The translations under genes and the position numbers were made by a program. This document shows, piece after piece, positions 39,401 through 52,559 of a DNA stretch of 64,000 nucleotides. Source of the DNA: Mobula hypostoma (lineage: Eukaryota); NCBI RefSeq assembly GCF_963921235.1, contig NC_086097.1, forward strand, positions 244,220,001 to 244,284,000, read 5' to 3'. Position 1 is the first letter of the stretch. Every line of letters begins with the position of its first letter. The notes beneath the pieces are model-generated. The model worked only from the letters and a program-made list of their open reading frames with translations, did not search any database and was not told the origin of the DNA.

Positions 39401-40919
39401 TGAGGCTTATAAAATGAATGGAACCTCGATGTGTTTCTCTAAAACATCAATGGATAAGTGACTTTTGCATTGTGGGAGTAGTGGGACCGCTCATTAGACC
39501 AGTGTCAATACCAATCAGTTTCAGTCTATTAACCAACAGACATCGACCACACGTGCTATAATGAGAGGCTGGGCAAACTTGAGTTGTTTTCTCTGGAGTG
39601 GTGGAGGCTAAGGAGAGATGTATACAGATTTATAAGATTATGAGAGCAGACAGACAGTATCTTTTTTTTTTACGGGATCCAAATGTCTAATACCAGAGGG
39701 CATATATTTAAGGTGAAAAGGAGATGCGAGAGGCAAGTATTTTTACACGGAGATTAGCAGGTGCCTGGAATGCGCTGCTTGGGCTGGTGATAGAGGCTGA
39801 AATATGGGGGACATTTAAATAGTCACATGTATGTGATGGAAATGGAAAGATGTGGACACTGTAGTCAGAAGGGATTAGTTTATACGGCCTTTGATTATTA
39901 ATTTATTTGGTTCAGCATAACACTGTGGGCCCAAGGGCCTGTTCCTGTGTTGTACTGTTCTATGTTCACACTTTCCAGCGATCACAACATTTCCAACTGA
40001 ACTTTCCCCTTCCTAATCAATATACAGTAAGCTGAAACTTTATGTTTCTTCGCTCTAATCAGCCAGTTGCAAACATTATATAATAGATTTGGCAGATGAT
40101 GATTTGCTTAATTCATTAAATTTCTGCTTCTGAGCTTTTGGGAAAGGATTTCATAGCCTTTAATGTCTTTATTGTGCATTAATACATCTCCTGCAAAGTC
40201 AAAGTAAATTTATTAATTATGTATATACACATCAACATATCATGACTTGAGATTCATTATCTCACAGGCATTTACAAGAAAATAAGGAAATACAATAGAA
40301 TTTATGAAAACTATACAAAGGCTGACAAATAGACAATGTGCAAAAGAAAACAAATTGCAAATTATTGTGATAACCCATCGGATCAATTCCGTTGCTCTCT
40401 CAGGTATAACATCAAGAAAACATGCTTTTTGAAAAGCTCATTATCAAAATATCATCCTTACCATCTTAATTTGAAGTAAATGCTCCCTTTAGGTTGAAAT
40501 TTGGATTCTAATCGGAAATGAGCAAAGGGATTAGAGAGCATCACAGCTATAACAGGGTTTATAACAATACTCTCATCATGGTCATAGAGTATTACAGCAG
40601 AAAAACTTGCTGAACTATTATTCTGCCTAGTCCCATTGACCTGCACCTAAACTCCCTCCCCTCCATGTACTTATCCAAACTTCTCTTAAATGTCGAAATC
40701 GGTCCACATCCACCACTTGCACCACCACCCTCTGAGTGAAGAAGTCCCACCTCAGGTTCCCCTTAAACATTTCACCTTTCACCCTTAACCCATGAACTCT
40801 AGTTCCAATCTCCCCCAACCTCAGTGGGAAAAGCTGCTTCCATTTACTCCTCATAACTTTGTATATCTCTATCAAATCAAATCTCTGCTCATTTTCATAT
40901 AATCTAGGCAATAATGTCC

Positions 40920-43262
40920 TCAGGGTGATCCGGTTTCCTCGCAAAATCCAAAGACTTACTGGTTGGTAGCTTAATTGGTCATTGTAAGTTGTCCCGTGGT
41001 TAGGCTAGGGTTAAATCGGGGGGCGCTGGGCGGCGTGGCTAAAAGTCCTGGAAGGGCCTACTCCACATGGTATCTCAATAAATAAATAGGTAAACTCAAA
41101 CATAGAAGTATAAGTATTAGTCTGCATGCACTAGAATCTGAATATTTACACCCTATTCTAAGTAACATTAATAGTAAATTAATGCCACATGCTGCTGTGG
41201 AGGCCAGGTCGTTGAGTGTATTTAAGGCGGAGATTGATAGGCCGAGAACTGGGGTTGAGGAGGAGAAAAAAAAAAGGATCAGCCATGATTGAATGGCGGA
41301 GCAGACTCGATGGGCTAGATGGCCTAATTCTGCTCCTATGTCTTATGGTCTAAATTAGGATTAATGCTTTATTTTAATATTAATTAACTCTTTATTTGAA
41401 TTTGGGCTCTTATGTAGTTGCTTAAAATCAACTTACAGATTTTTGAAGACTTGTGAACTAAAATAGGCTGAGGTCATCAATTGCTCATATGCAGGTTCAT
41501 GAAGTAAAATAATTCCTTAGCCTAGAGAATAAAGTCCTAACCTATTTAAACATTCCCTATAACTCAGGTCCTCAAGTCCTGGCAACATCCTTGTAAATTT
41601 TCTCTGTATGCTTTCAATCTTATTGAGATCTTTCCTGTAGGTAGGTGACCAGAGCTGTACACAGTACTCCAAATTAGGCCTGACTAATGTCTCATACAAC
41701 TCCTGGACTGAGTATTTATATATATCTACAGGAGGAACTGCCTCGAGAAAGCAAAATCCATCTTCACTAATAACGTGGCCATGAATGTATGTTCATGGTC
41801 TTCTGCTGCTGTAGCCCATCCACTTCAAGGATCGATGTGTTCTGTGTTTAGAGATGCTCTTCTGCGCAAACTGGTGTAATGTGGCATTTTTTGAGTTCTT
41901 GTTGCCCTCCTGTCAGCTTGAACCAGTCTGCTTATCCTCCTCTGACCTTTCTCATTAACAAGGCATTTTCGCCCCACACATTTATCATTATTCGCACCAT
42001 TCTCTATAAACTCTAGAAACCGTTGCGTGTGAAAATCCCAGAAGATCAGCAGCTGCTGAGGTACTCAAACCAGCCTGCCTGTAAGCGACAATCATTCACG
42101 GTCAAAATCACATTACTTCACCATTCTGATGTTCGGTCTGAACAACAACTGAACCTCTTGACCATGCCTACGTGCTTTTACATATTGTGTTGCTGCCACA
42201 TGACTGGCCGATTAGATATTTGCATTAATGAGCAGATATACAGGTGCTCCTAATAAAATAGCCTCTGAGTGCACCATATACACTGGAGAATAGGATGAGT
42301 AGCATCTTCCTCCACTAATGATGTCATGATCTAAGTTTATTGCCAGCTGAAATCAGAATCAGGTTTACTGTCACCGACATACATCGTGAAATATGTTGTT
42401 TTGTGGCAGCAATACATTGAAATGCCTAAAATGTAGTATAAATTACAATAAATATATAAATAATGCTCTGAAGGTAACTGGATAGTGTTCAGCTACATAA
42501 CAAACCTCTAAAAAGTCCTTTTCAGGTAGAATGCTGTTCTGAAAGCATGTGACATTCTTTGATTTCTTTTTGGACCAGATCCCTTAACTTATGCACTGTA
42601 TATTTTATAGTATCTGTTAATTAGAATAACATTGAAATTTATGACCTTGCACACCTTCAACCTGCAGTTCTTGGTATACAAGGTCGTAAAATTCAATGTT
42701 ATTCAATGTGACTGCCCTAACTTGGCATTTGCTATTGTCACTCTCAATATGGTAGTGTATTGGTTAGCACAACGCTTTACAACCCAGGTTCAGTTCCTAC
42801 CACTGTCTGTAAGGCCTGTTTCCTCCAGGTGCTCCGGTTACCTCCCAGAGTCCAAAAGTCTACCAAATGGTAGATTAATTGATCTTTGTAAGTTGTCCCG
42901 TCATTAGGTTAGAGTTAAATGGAGAGGAGATTGCTGGGCGGCGTGGTTCAACGGCCAGAAGGGCCTATTCCATTCTGTACCTCAATCAATCAATAGATAA
43001 ATAAACTCAAACACGTTAGTATAAGGTCTCTGCTTACACTAATATCAGAATATTCCCGCCCATTCTAAGTAACAGTAATAATAAATTAGGATTAAAGATT
43101 CATTTTACTCTTAAGTAATTCTTTATTTGAATTTGGGCTCTTAAATAGTTCCGTAAAATTAATTCATAAATTTTTGCAAACTTGTGAACTAAAATAGGCA
43201 GAGGATTTAAGACGATTAATTGCTCATATGTAAGGTTCATGAAGTAAAATAATTACTTAACC
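40920..43262 (+). repeat. Old local duplication of about 430 bp (SINE 3' half plus unique flank): copy 1 about 40920-41523, copy 2 about 42820-43262
   Basis: Shared blocks TTCTAAGTAACA, CTTTATTTGAATTTGGGCTCTTA, ACTTGTGAACTAAAATAGGC and GGTTCATGAAGTAAAATAATT. Confidence 0.9.
41766..42272 (-). mobile_element. Tc1-like transposon deletion derivative
   Basis: Homologous to 62250-62815. TIR remnant CCTAATAAAATAGCCTCTGAGTG and transposase-like MGYSSRRP on -. Confidence 0.7.
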
Positions 43263-43313
43263 TAGGAGTTCCCAAACCTTTTTATGCCAAGGACCCCAGG
43301 TTGTGATCCCCTG
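43263..43313. mobile_element. 51-bp hAT-like miniature element
   Basis: TIR-like ends TAGGAGTTCCCAAACC / GGTTGTGATCCCCTG with imperfect 8-bp TSD ACTTAACC/CCTTAGCC. A related end (GGGAACCCCTG) lies at about 63290-63300. Confidence 0.65.
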
Positions 43314-46081
43314 CCTTAGCCTGACACCCATGATATGTGTTCAGTTTAAAATCCTGCCATTTCCATGCAATCTCACCTTCAAAATTCCTACTGTGTCACA
43401 TCTCTGCTTAGGCAGAAATATTCTGAGCATTAAGAGATTACAGTAAGTCCCACAGCAAGCTGTTAGATCACCTGAAATATCTGCCTAAAATGGGATCAAA
43501 GTCAAAGTGAAGGTAAATGTGGGTATTGTATGTTGGTGCCAGGGAGTGTGGTGATGCTTGCAGGCTGCACCCAGCGTATGCTTAAGTGTGCTGGCTGTTA
43601 ACACACCCAAAGGTGCGCTGAGATGAGGAGGAATTTCATTAGCCAGAGACTGGTGAATCTGCGGAATTCGTTGCCACAGATGACCGTGGAGGCCAAGTCA
43701 TCAGGTATATTTAAAGTGTAGGTAGATAGGTTCTTAATTTGTCAGGGTGTGAAAGGTTACGGGGAGAAGGCAGGAGAGGGAAATGGATCAGCCATGATAG
43801 GCTGATGGCCTGATTCTGTTCCTATACATTATGGTCTTGACAAAAACAATTCATTTCACTGTATGTTTTGAAGTACATGTGATAAATGGATCTTGAATCT
43901 TGAATTTATCATCAGGTATGTATGTCACCATACACAGTACTGCCTTGAGATTCAATTTCCAACAGACATTTAATAGAATCAGTGGAAAACTACACACAAA
44001 ACCTAACAAGCAACCAACTTGCAAAAAAAAGACTAATTGTGCAAATAATAATAAAACAAAAAAAAAAGCAGTGAGAGTATGAGTTGCCCAGTCGTTGAAA
44101 GCGAGTCTGTAGGTTTGTGGCGTCAGTTCAGCATTGAGGTGAGAAGCATTGAGGTGGCCCAATCCCAGTTTCCTGATGAACTTATGGTGCTGAAATTCTT
44201 TTTCTTCCACCCCAGTATGTTCCCTTGGATGTTGAACACAGATTTAACTGTAAACATGTCTTTCTATATTTGTCGCACTATATGCGTAAGATAAACGTAT
44301 TTGTAAATTTATCTGGTAACAAGAGTTTGAATAACCAACACAATCAATGTATTTTTAGATGGATAGTTGGATGTACTTTTAATTTTTGTTTTTTTTTATA
44401 ATCTTTTTTATTTGAATAATAATAGCAAATAAAGAAAATTGTATGAAAGTATTTATACAGCTTCAATAAAGAGTGTTGTGTAAATACTGAGGATGTTAAA
44501 ACTTTCTCTCTGACTCCATCATTCAACAGAAAGTTTGATTGTCTGCTCCACCTACTTTCTCAAAGTTCAAAGTAAATTTATTATCAAAGTACATATATGT
44601 CACCATATACTACTCTGAGATTCATTTTCTTGCAGGCATTCACATTAAGTACAAAGAAGAGCAATGGAATCAATTGAAAACCTCACACAGGACAGACAAA
44701 AATAACAGTTGTGTACTCTGATTCACTATCCAGTGACCAAAGTGGGCGTTATCGTGTGGTAATTACTGATTTTGGGTGAGGTCCTGTTTGACTGACCTTC
44801 GCCATTGATCAGAATCAGGTGTATTATCAAAGTTCAAAGTAAACTTATTATCAAAGTACATATATGTCACCATATACAATATTGAGATTAACATTTTTGC
44901 AGGTATAATCAATAAATCCTATAACCATAATAGAATCAATGAAAGACCACACCAACCGGTCTTACAACCAGTATGCAAAAGGCAACAAACTGCAAATACA
45001 AAAAGAAAGAAAAAAATCAATAATAGTAATAAATAAATAAGCAATAGGTATTGAGAAGATGGGATGAAGAGTCCTTGAAGGGAGTCCATAGGTTAAGGAA
45101 ACAGTTCAGTGTTGGTCTGAGTGAAGTTATCCCCTGTGCTTGAGGGGTAATAACTGTTCCCGAACCTGGTGATGTGAGTCCTGAGGCTCCTGCACCTCCT
45201 TCCTGATACAAGCAGTGAGAAGAGAGCATAGCCCTCTCACTTTATAATGATTTAAAGCTTTTGAGACTTAATGCACATCATGCATTGAAGAAACTCTACA
45301 TGATAAAAGGGAGGGAACTCTCAAGTGTGCTTTTATTATGAAGTGATACGGCACATAAAGAACTTTTTTCAGTCCTTTGAAAGGACTATCCAATTATGTG
45401 CTGCCCTTTATCCAGCCCCACAACTTTTATCAAATTTTGAAGGTTACTATTCAACATCTGTCAACATCAAGTTAACAAATTTCACGTCACATGGCGGTGA
45501 TAATAAACCTGATTCTGATCTTTCAAATGGTGCATTCTACATAGCGTAGCCATTAGTGTAACACTATTATAGTGCCAGTGACTGGGATTCATTTCTCATA
45601 GTCGTCTGTAAGGAGTTTGTACTTTCTTTACCCCACCCCCACACTCCGGTTTCCCCCCACATTTCAAAGATGCACCGGTTATAGTTAGTGAGTTGTGGGT
45701 ATGCTATGTTGGCACTGAAAGCATGGTGACACTTCCAGGCTGCTCCCAGCAGATCTTCAGGACTGCTGGTCATCGACAGAAAATAAGTGACCTATTTCAC
45801 TGTTCATTTCGATGTTTTGATGTACATGTAACAAATAAAAGTAATCTCTATCTTTAATTGCACAGAAGAAATTATCTACATTCATAAGTTATAATATACC
45901 CAATTTCTCCTCCGCTGTCATGCAACTTCCAAAATCTCCTTATTAACTATGTACCTCAAGTTCAAAAGCCTTCATGTCTTCCATCAGGGTAAAATCCATG
46001 GCAAGTGACGCTATGCCACCATATCAACCTTACAGGAAAGATGTGTTACAGGAAAAGCATGATTAAACTGGAGTTACAAGG

Positions 46082-46317
46082 TCCTAGTAGGTCAGGCAGC
46101 ATCTATGGAAAGGAATAAACAGTCAACATTTCAGGCCAACTCTTTTCAACAGGACTTGGGCCTACTCCCTTCAACAGGACTCGGGTCTGAAGGGAGGTGC
46201 TCAGCCTGAAATGTTGACTGTTTATTCCTCTTCATAGATGCTGCCTGACTTGCCAAGCTCCTCCAGCATTTTGTATGTGCTACTCAGGATTTTCAGCATC
46301 TGCAGAATCTCCTGTGT
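46082..46317. mobile_element. Inverted Penelope pseudo-LTR mini-element inserted in a CR1 fragment
   Basis: 46-bp arms 46091-46136 and 46204-46249 are complementary at 44/46 positions. TSD TTACAAGG at 46074-46081 and 46318-46325. Confidence 0.85.
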
Positions 46318-47169
46318 TTACAAGGATCTTGCCAGGATGAGAGGGCATGAATTATCGCCAGGCTAGGTGATTACACCATGGAATGTAAGAGACTGAGGTG
46401 TGAGCATATAGAGGTTTATAAAATTATGGGAGGCATAGATAAATTAGGCAGCAACAGTCTTTCCCCCAGGGTAGTGCAGTTCAAAACTGGGGGTCATAGG
46501 TCTAAGCTGAGAGGGAAAGGGACAACGTTTTAACACAGAGGGTGGTGAGGATATAGAATGGGCTGCCAGAGTAAGTAGTTGAGGCAGGTTCAATAGCGGT
46601 GTATCATTTAAAAAGCACTTGGACAGGTACTGTCTATAGAAGAGCAGGGCTTAGATCATGAGCAATTACAGGAAATTGGGATTACCTAGGTGGGCAATAG
46701 TTGGGCTGAAGGGTTTGTACCCGTGCTATATTGCTCTATGAATCTATCAAGGTTGTGGAACATTTTGGAAAGGGAAACAGAGTTAACGCTTCAGGTCAAA
46801 GCCCTTTTATCATAACTGGGAAGGTGAGGCACAGGTTTTAACTTGCAGTGAGTTAAGGTTTTAACTTGCAGTGAGGGTGAGGAGGGATGAATAAACCAGA
46901 GGAAATATTTCTGATGTTGGCATCATAGTGTCAGTTTCAAAGGAAGATCTGCAAATTGAAATGTTAATTGATGGAGTCATACAGCACAGAAACAGGCCAT
47001 TTGGCCCAACTGATCCCTGCTATGCAAGATTCTCATTTCCCCACATTTGACTCATATCCCCCTCATCCATTTACCTGTTCAAGAACAGTACCATGGCAGG
47101 TTGGTCAGGTTAGTCAACATCCCTCAGCATTCAGGATGGGGTAGTAAATTGAATTAGACTTCGGCCTTG

Positions 47170-48090
47170 TGGGACAAGCCAGAGAGCGGTGGTAGATGTT
47201 TGCCTCTCTGCCCGGAGGCCTGTGACTAGTGGAGTGCCACAGGGATTGGTGCTGGGTCCTTTGTTGTTTGTTATCTATATCAACGAACCATATCCATAAC
47301 TGGATCAGCAAATCTGCAGATGACACCAAGATTGGGGGTGTAGTGGACGGTGAGGAAGGCTATCATGGCTTGCAGAGGGATCTGCATCAGCTGGGAAAGT
47401 GGGCTGAAAAATGGCAGATGGAATTTAATGCAGACAAGGGTGAGGTTTTGCAGTTCGGTAGGACCAACCAGGATAGGTCTTACACAGTGAAGAGTAGGGC
47501 ATGGGGATAGTGGTAGACCAAAGGGATCACAGAATATAGATCCAACATTCATTGAAGTGGCGTCACAGGAAGATAGATTTGTAAAGAAAGCTTTTGGCAT
47601 ATTGACCTTCATAAATCAATGCATTGAGTACAGGAGATGGGATGTTATGTTGAAGTTGTACAAAACATTGGTGAAGCCTAATTTGGAGTATTGTGTGCAG
47701 CTTTGGTCACCTACCTACAGGGAAGATGTAAATAAGTTTGAAAGAGTACTGAGTAAGTTTACAAGGATGTTGCCGGGTCTGGAGGACCAGAGTTATCAGG
47801 AAAGATTGAATAGGTTAGGACTTTATTCCTTAGAATGTAGAAGATGGAGAGGAGATTTGATAGAGGTAAACAAAATTATGAGGGGTATCAATAGGGTGAA
47901 TGTAAGCAGGCTTTTTCCACTGAGGTTGGGTGGGACTAGAACCAGAGATCATGCGTTAAAGGTGAAAGGTGAAAAGTTTAAGGGGAACACGAGGTGAAAC
48001 CTCTTCACTCAGAGGGTTATGAGAGTGTGGAACGAGCTGCCAGTACAAGTGGTGCATGCAAGCTCGATTTCAACGTTTAAGTGAAGTTTG
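47170..48090 (+). mobile_element. CR1 RT and 3' fragment
   Basis: ORFs 47229-47510 (SADDTKIGG) and 47557-47997. Confidence 0.85.
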
Positions 48091-48804
48091 CTTCTCTATG
48101 ACCACACATGCATGGGTTTTATCTGGGTGCTCCAGTCCAAAGGCGTAACAGTTAGTAGTTTAATTGGCCATCGTGAATTGTCCTGTGATTAGGCTAGTGT
48201 TAAGTCACTGAGTTGCTGAGCGTTCTTCACTGTGTCTCCAGGTAAATAAATGGTGGTGCTGGAAGAGTGGCAACACTTGCAGGCTGTTTCCAGCAAACCT
48301 TCCATTGTGTTGGTCAGATGCAAACAATGCATTTCGAGGCACATGTGATAAATAAAGCTAATCTTTAAGGATTACCTGTATTTTACTTCCATTTCCCCCA
48401 GGTGTTAATTATTGAAATCAGCTCCTTTTGGTCCGTTCCACAAACTAGTCTAGAATCTACAATGAAACTCTCAAAGATGCAAAGGTTTTTGTTTAATGTA
48501 AGATTTATTCCACAGACCAGGACAGATCATACTTTGCTGACTGGGAACTTCCAGCAGTCATCACTTGGTCCTCATCAGTAAATTGTCCTTTCTGGAGATT
48601 GGTTTGGTTTAAGCCACATTCACTGAAGCGATTTGGCTGTCAAACCACGAGCCTACATGGCCATCAGCTGCCTGTTATCCTCCCTATGTCTGATCCACAC
48701 AGGATTATACAAGGTGAAGGAAAACCATTCCAAATAAAACAAGCATGAAATTAAACTCGAAACTAATCAAGACTGCATCTATTACAAACTGTCTAAACTA
48801 TTCA

Positions 48805-48982
48805 ACAGGTCAAGGCAGTATCTATGGAGGAAAATGAACGGACAATGTTTCAGGCCGAGACCCTTCATCAGTGGCCTAAAGTGTCAGCTGTTCCTTCCCC
48901 TCCATAGATGCTGCCTGACATGCTGAGTTCCTCCACCATTTTGTGCATTGCTCTGGATTTCTAGTGTCTGCAGAATCTCTTA
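48805..48982. mobile_element. Inverted Penelope pseudo-LTR mini-element
   Basis: 15-bp TSD TGTCTAAACTATTCA at 48790-48804 and 48983-48997. Imperfect inverted arms span about 48809-48919, with CTGATGAAGGGTCTCGGCCTGAAAC on -. Confidence 0.88.
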
Positions 48983-49259
48983 TGTCTAAACTATTCATCC
49001 CTTTAGTTTTGGTTACAACATTGAACACAGAACAGTACAGCACACGATGTCGTGCTGACCCATTAACCTACTCATTCTAGCGTTTCCCTCCCATATAGCC
49101 CTCTATGTGCCGACCCGACCCAAGAGACTTTTAAATGTCCTTAATGCCTTTGCCTTTATCACCACCCCCGGCAGGGCGTTCCAAGCACTCACCGCTCTCT
49201 GTGTAAAAACCCTACCTCTGACATCCCCCCTCCCACCTCCATACATCCCTCCAATCATC

Positions 49260-50110
49260 TTAAAATTATGTCCTTTCATCCCAGCACAAAAACACGCCCT
49301 TCGGCCCATCTAGCCCATTCCAAACTGTTATTCTACCTAGGCCCATCGATCTGCACCTGGACCGTAGCCTCCTATCCATGTACTTATCCAAACTTCTCTT
49401 AAATGCTGCGATCAACCTTGCCTCCACCACTTCCACTGGCAGCTCGTTCCACACTCTCACCACCCTCTGAGTGAAGAAGTTCCCCTTACACATTTCACCT
49501 TTCACCCTTAACCTATAACCACAAATTTTTGTCTCACTCAACCTCAGTGGAAAAAGCTTGCTTGCATTTACCCTCTCTATACCCTCATAATTTTGTATAC
49601 CTCTATCAAATCTCCCTTCATTGTCCCATGTTCCAGGGAATAAAGACATAACCTATTCAATCTTTCCCTTTCAGGTCCTCAAATCCTGGCAACATCCTTG
49701 TACATTTTCTCTGCACTCCATCAATCTTATTGATAGATTTCCTGTAAGTAGGTGACTAGAACTACACAAAATACTCCAAGTTAGGCCTCACCAATGTCTT
49801 ATACCACTTCAACAGAACATCCCAACTCCTGTACTTGTATTTATGAAGGTCAATGTGCCAAATACCCTCTTTATGACCCTATCTTCACTTCTTTCAGGGA
49901 ATTTTAGCTCAGTTTTCCCAGATACCTTTATTTTACCATATTCCTCAGTGCCCTACCACTCACAATGCAAGTCCTGCCCTGGTCTATCCTCCAAAGTGTA
50001 AAACGTCACACTTGCCTGCATTAAATTCCATCTGCCATTTTCAGCCCAGTTTTCCAGCTGGTTCAGATCCCACTGCAACCTTTAATAGTGTTCCTCACTG
50101 TTCACTCAAT
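49260..50110 (-). mobile_element. CR1 3' part
   Basis: ORF 49266-49649 (FFTQRVVRVWNELP). Confidence 0.8.
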
Positions 50111-50359
50111 CTATAAACCTTTCCCTTTTGTACACCTCTATCCAGTCACGTCTCATCCTCCTTCATTGCAAAGAGAAAAGCCCTAGCTTACTTAACCCAT
50201 CACCTGGCCTTGGCCGAGTTTTGGAGCTGGGATAATCTTATGGTTTTATTTTACTGGCAATGATTAACATTAAATCTTAAAGTTCTGCTTAACTTTAAGA
50301 TACCATTTCCATGTTTCAGTTTCTTCAAAGTATTCCGATTCTTGGTATTAGTCAGAAAA

Positions 50360-50940
50360 GCGGCGACATGGTTGTGTAGTGGTTAGCGCATCGCTTTACA
50401 ACAGTCAGTTGTATAAGATTGTGGTTCATTTCCTGGCGCTGTTTGTAAGGAGTTTATCTATTCTCCCTGTGACTGCATGGATTTCCTCTAGTTCCCCATA
50501 TTCCATAGATGTACGGTTAAGGTTAGTGAGTTTTGGGCTTGCTATATCGGCACCAGAAGCATGGCCACGTTGCTGGGCTGCCCCAGCACGTCCTCGGACT
50601 GTGTGAGTCGTTGATGCAAACAATACAACTCACTGTATGCCTGTGCCAGGTTGCTCTTTCTCACCGTGACCATGTGGGTTTCCTCCGGGTGTTTGGCTTT
50701 CCTCCCACATTTCAAAGATGTACAATAAGCTACAAAGGCCTGGTGACACAATCTTTGCTGAATTGATTTGAAGCAAAACAACGTACTTCACTGACACAAG
50801 AGCTCCTACAGATGCTGGAAATCCAGAGCAACACACACAAAGTGCAGGAGGAACTCAGTAGGTCGGGCAGCATCTGTGGAAATGAATAAACAGTTGACGT
50901 TTCACTGTATGTTTTAACGTACGTGTGACAGAGCTAACCC
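50360..50940 (+). mobile_element. Cluster of tRNA-derived SINEs with a minus-strand Penelope pseudo-LTR insert (50794-50900)
   Basis: Box A TGTAGTGGTTAGC and box B GGTTCATTTCC. The insert is flanked by TTCACTG at 50787-50793 and 50901-50907. Confidence 0.75.
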
Positions 50941-50984
50941 ATAGCAATAAAAGTCAACTATGCAGTTAAAGTCCAGCAAGAGGA

Positions 50985-51320
50985 CCACAACCTTGTCATA
51001 AGGTTTGGAGGCTTGTGTGCCTCAGTGACCCGGAGAGCTATGCTGGGTAGGGTCACCCATGCCAAACAGGTCAAAGGGTAGAGGCCAGACTAAGAGTGGT
51101 CCACCAGTCCTCCAAGTCTGGGGGTTCAGCTCAGGGCCAACAACCCTGACTGGTAAAACAAAATAGTGACAGAAAAAGCAACGAAGAATCCTGCATCGGT
51201 GTGTGATGGTAATCCGGAGTCTCCACCCGGGACTTGCAAGGCTGACAGGAGTGAAAACCGAGAGAAAGCTACTGGCACGAGGACAGAAGCCTTGAACACC
51301 ACCAGAGATGCTGGACCTCC
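50985..51320 (+). mobile_element. Probable RTE-clade (Expander/Rex3-like) 5'UTR fragment
   Basis: GAGCTATGCT..GGTAGGGTCACCCATGCCAAACAGGTC..GGCCAGACTAAGAGTGGT resembles recalled RTE leaders. No ORF. Confidence 0.55.
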
Positions 51321-51714
51321 ATTACTCTGTAATGGGCAGTAAGTATGTATGTAGTTAAGTAGTCAAATGTGTAGCATCTTATGACACAAATTGTTACCAT
51401 GAAACAGTAGAAGATAACAAAAAAGAAACCCTGGCATTAAGAATTACAAGTGTGGTGTACACCAGATTGACTATGATGACATTTCTCTATATAGCACTAT
51501 TCATATAGGGGGAAAAAAAGTCATCTTTTTAATTATAAATTGTTGTTCTGGAATCAAAAGACAATAACATCTGTTCTCACCATCTGGACTCCGAGAAGAG
51601 AAATGGTTTAGTCGTGTCAATGGTTTTCCTTAGCTGTGATCAAATAAATTTCCGGTATTTGATGTCATGTGGAATTCTTTGCATATGCTAAATTTTTCTC
51701 GCATCTCCTCACAA

Positions 51715-51985
51715 CACAACACTATTACAGCTTGGGATATTCAGCGTTTGGAGTTCAATTCAGGTGCTGTTCTGTGAGGAGTCTCTGAATGTCCACCCCT
51801 TGGAACGTGTGGGTTTTCTCCGGGTGATCCAGTTTCCTCCCACAGTCCAAAGACGTAGCGGGTAGGTTAACTGGTCATTGTAAATCGTCCCATGATTAGG
51901 TTACAGGTTTATCGGGGTTTGCGAGGGCAGTGTCGCTCAAAGGACCAGAAGGGACGACTCCATATGGTGTCGCTAACTAAGTAAA
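51715..51985 (+). mobile_element. V-SINE/HE1-like SINE
   Basis: Box B GGAGTTCAATTC and the V-domain TTTCCTCCCACAGTCCAAAGACGT. Confidence 0.8.
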
Positions 51986-52559
51986 CGTCAGAGGCAGGTT
52001 TTTCAATACAGTGTGAGGTAGGTACATGGAATACACTGCTAGGGGTGGTGGGAGAAGCAGAAAAATAGAACACAGAACGCTACAGCACAGTACAGGCCCT
52101 TCAGCCCACAATGTTGTGCTGACCTGCTAACCTACTCTAAGATCAATCAGCACGATGTTGAGTTTTTCCTTCATTACACGGTATACAACCGTTGCACTCC
52201 AAAACTATTTAATCTTTGGTGATCACAATGTTCGTTCATCTCTCTTATCCAATTCAAATGGTTTTCAACTTGAACCATTAACTCTGTTTCTCCTTCCTCT
52301 GCAGTGGATGAGAACACATTGGAGAAACCACATACGACTAGAGTCACAGAGAAACTGTGGAGGCCAAGTAATTGGGTATATTTAAGCAAGAGGTTGAAAG
52401 ATTCTTAATTAGCTGGGGCTTGAAGGGATACGGGCAGAGGGAAATGGATCAGCCATGATGAAAAGGCGGAACAGACTTGATGGGCCAAATGGCCTAATTC
52501 TGCTCCTATATCTCATGGTATATGGTCTAAATAGATATACACATTGGAGTACTACAGCG

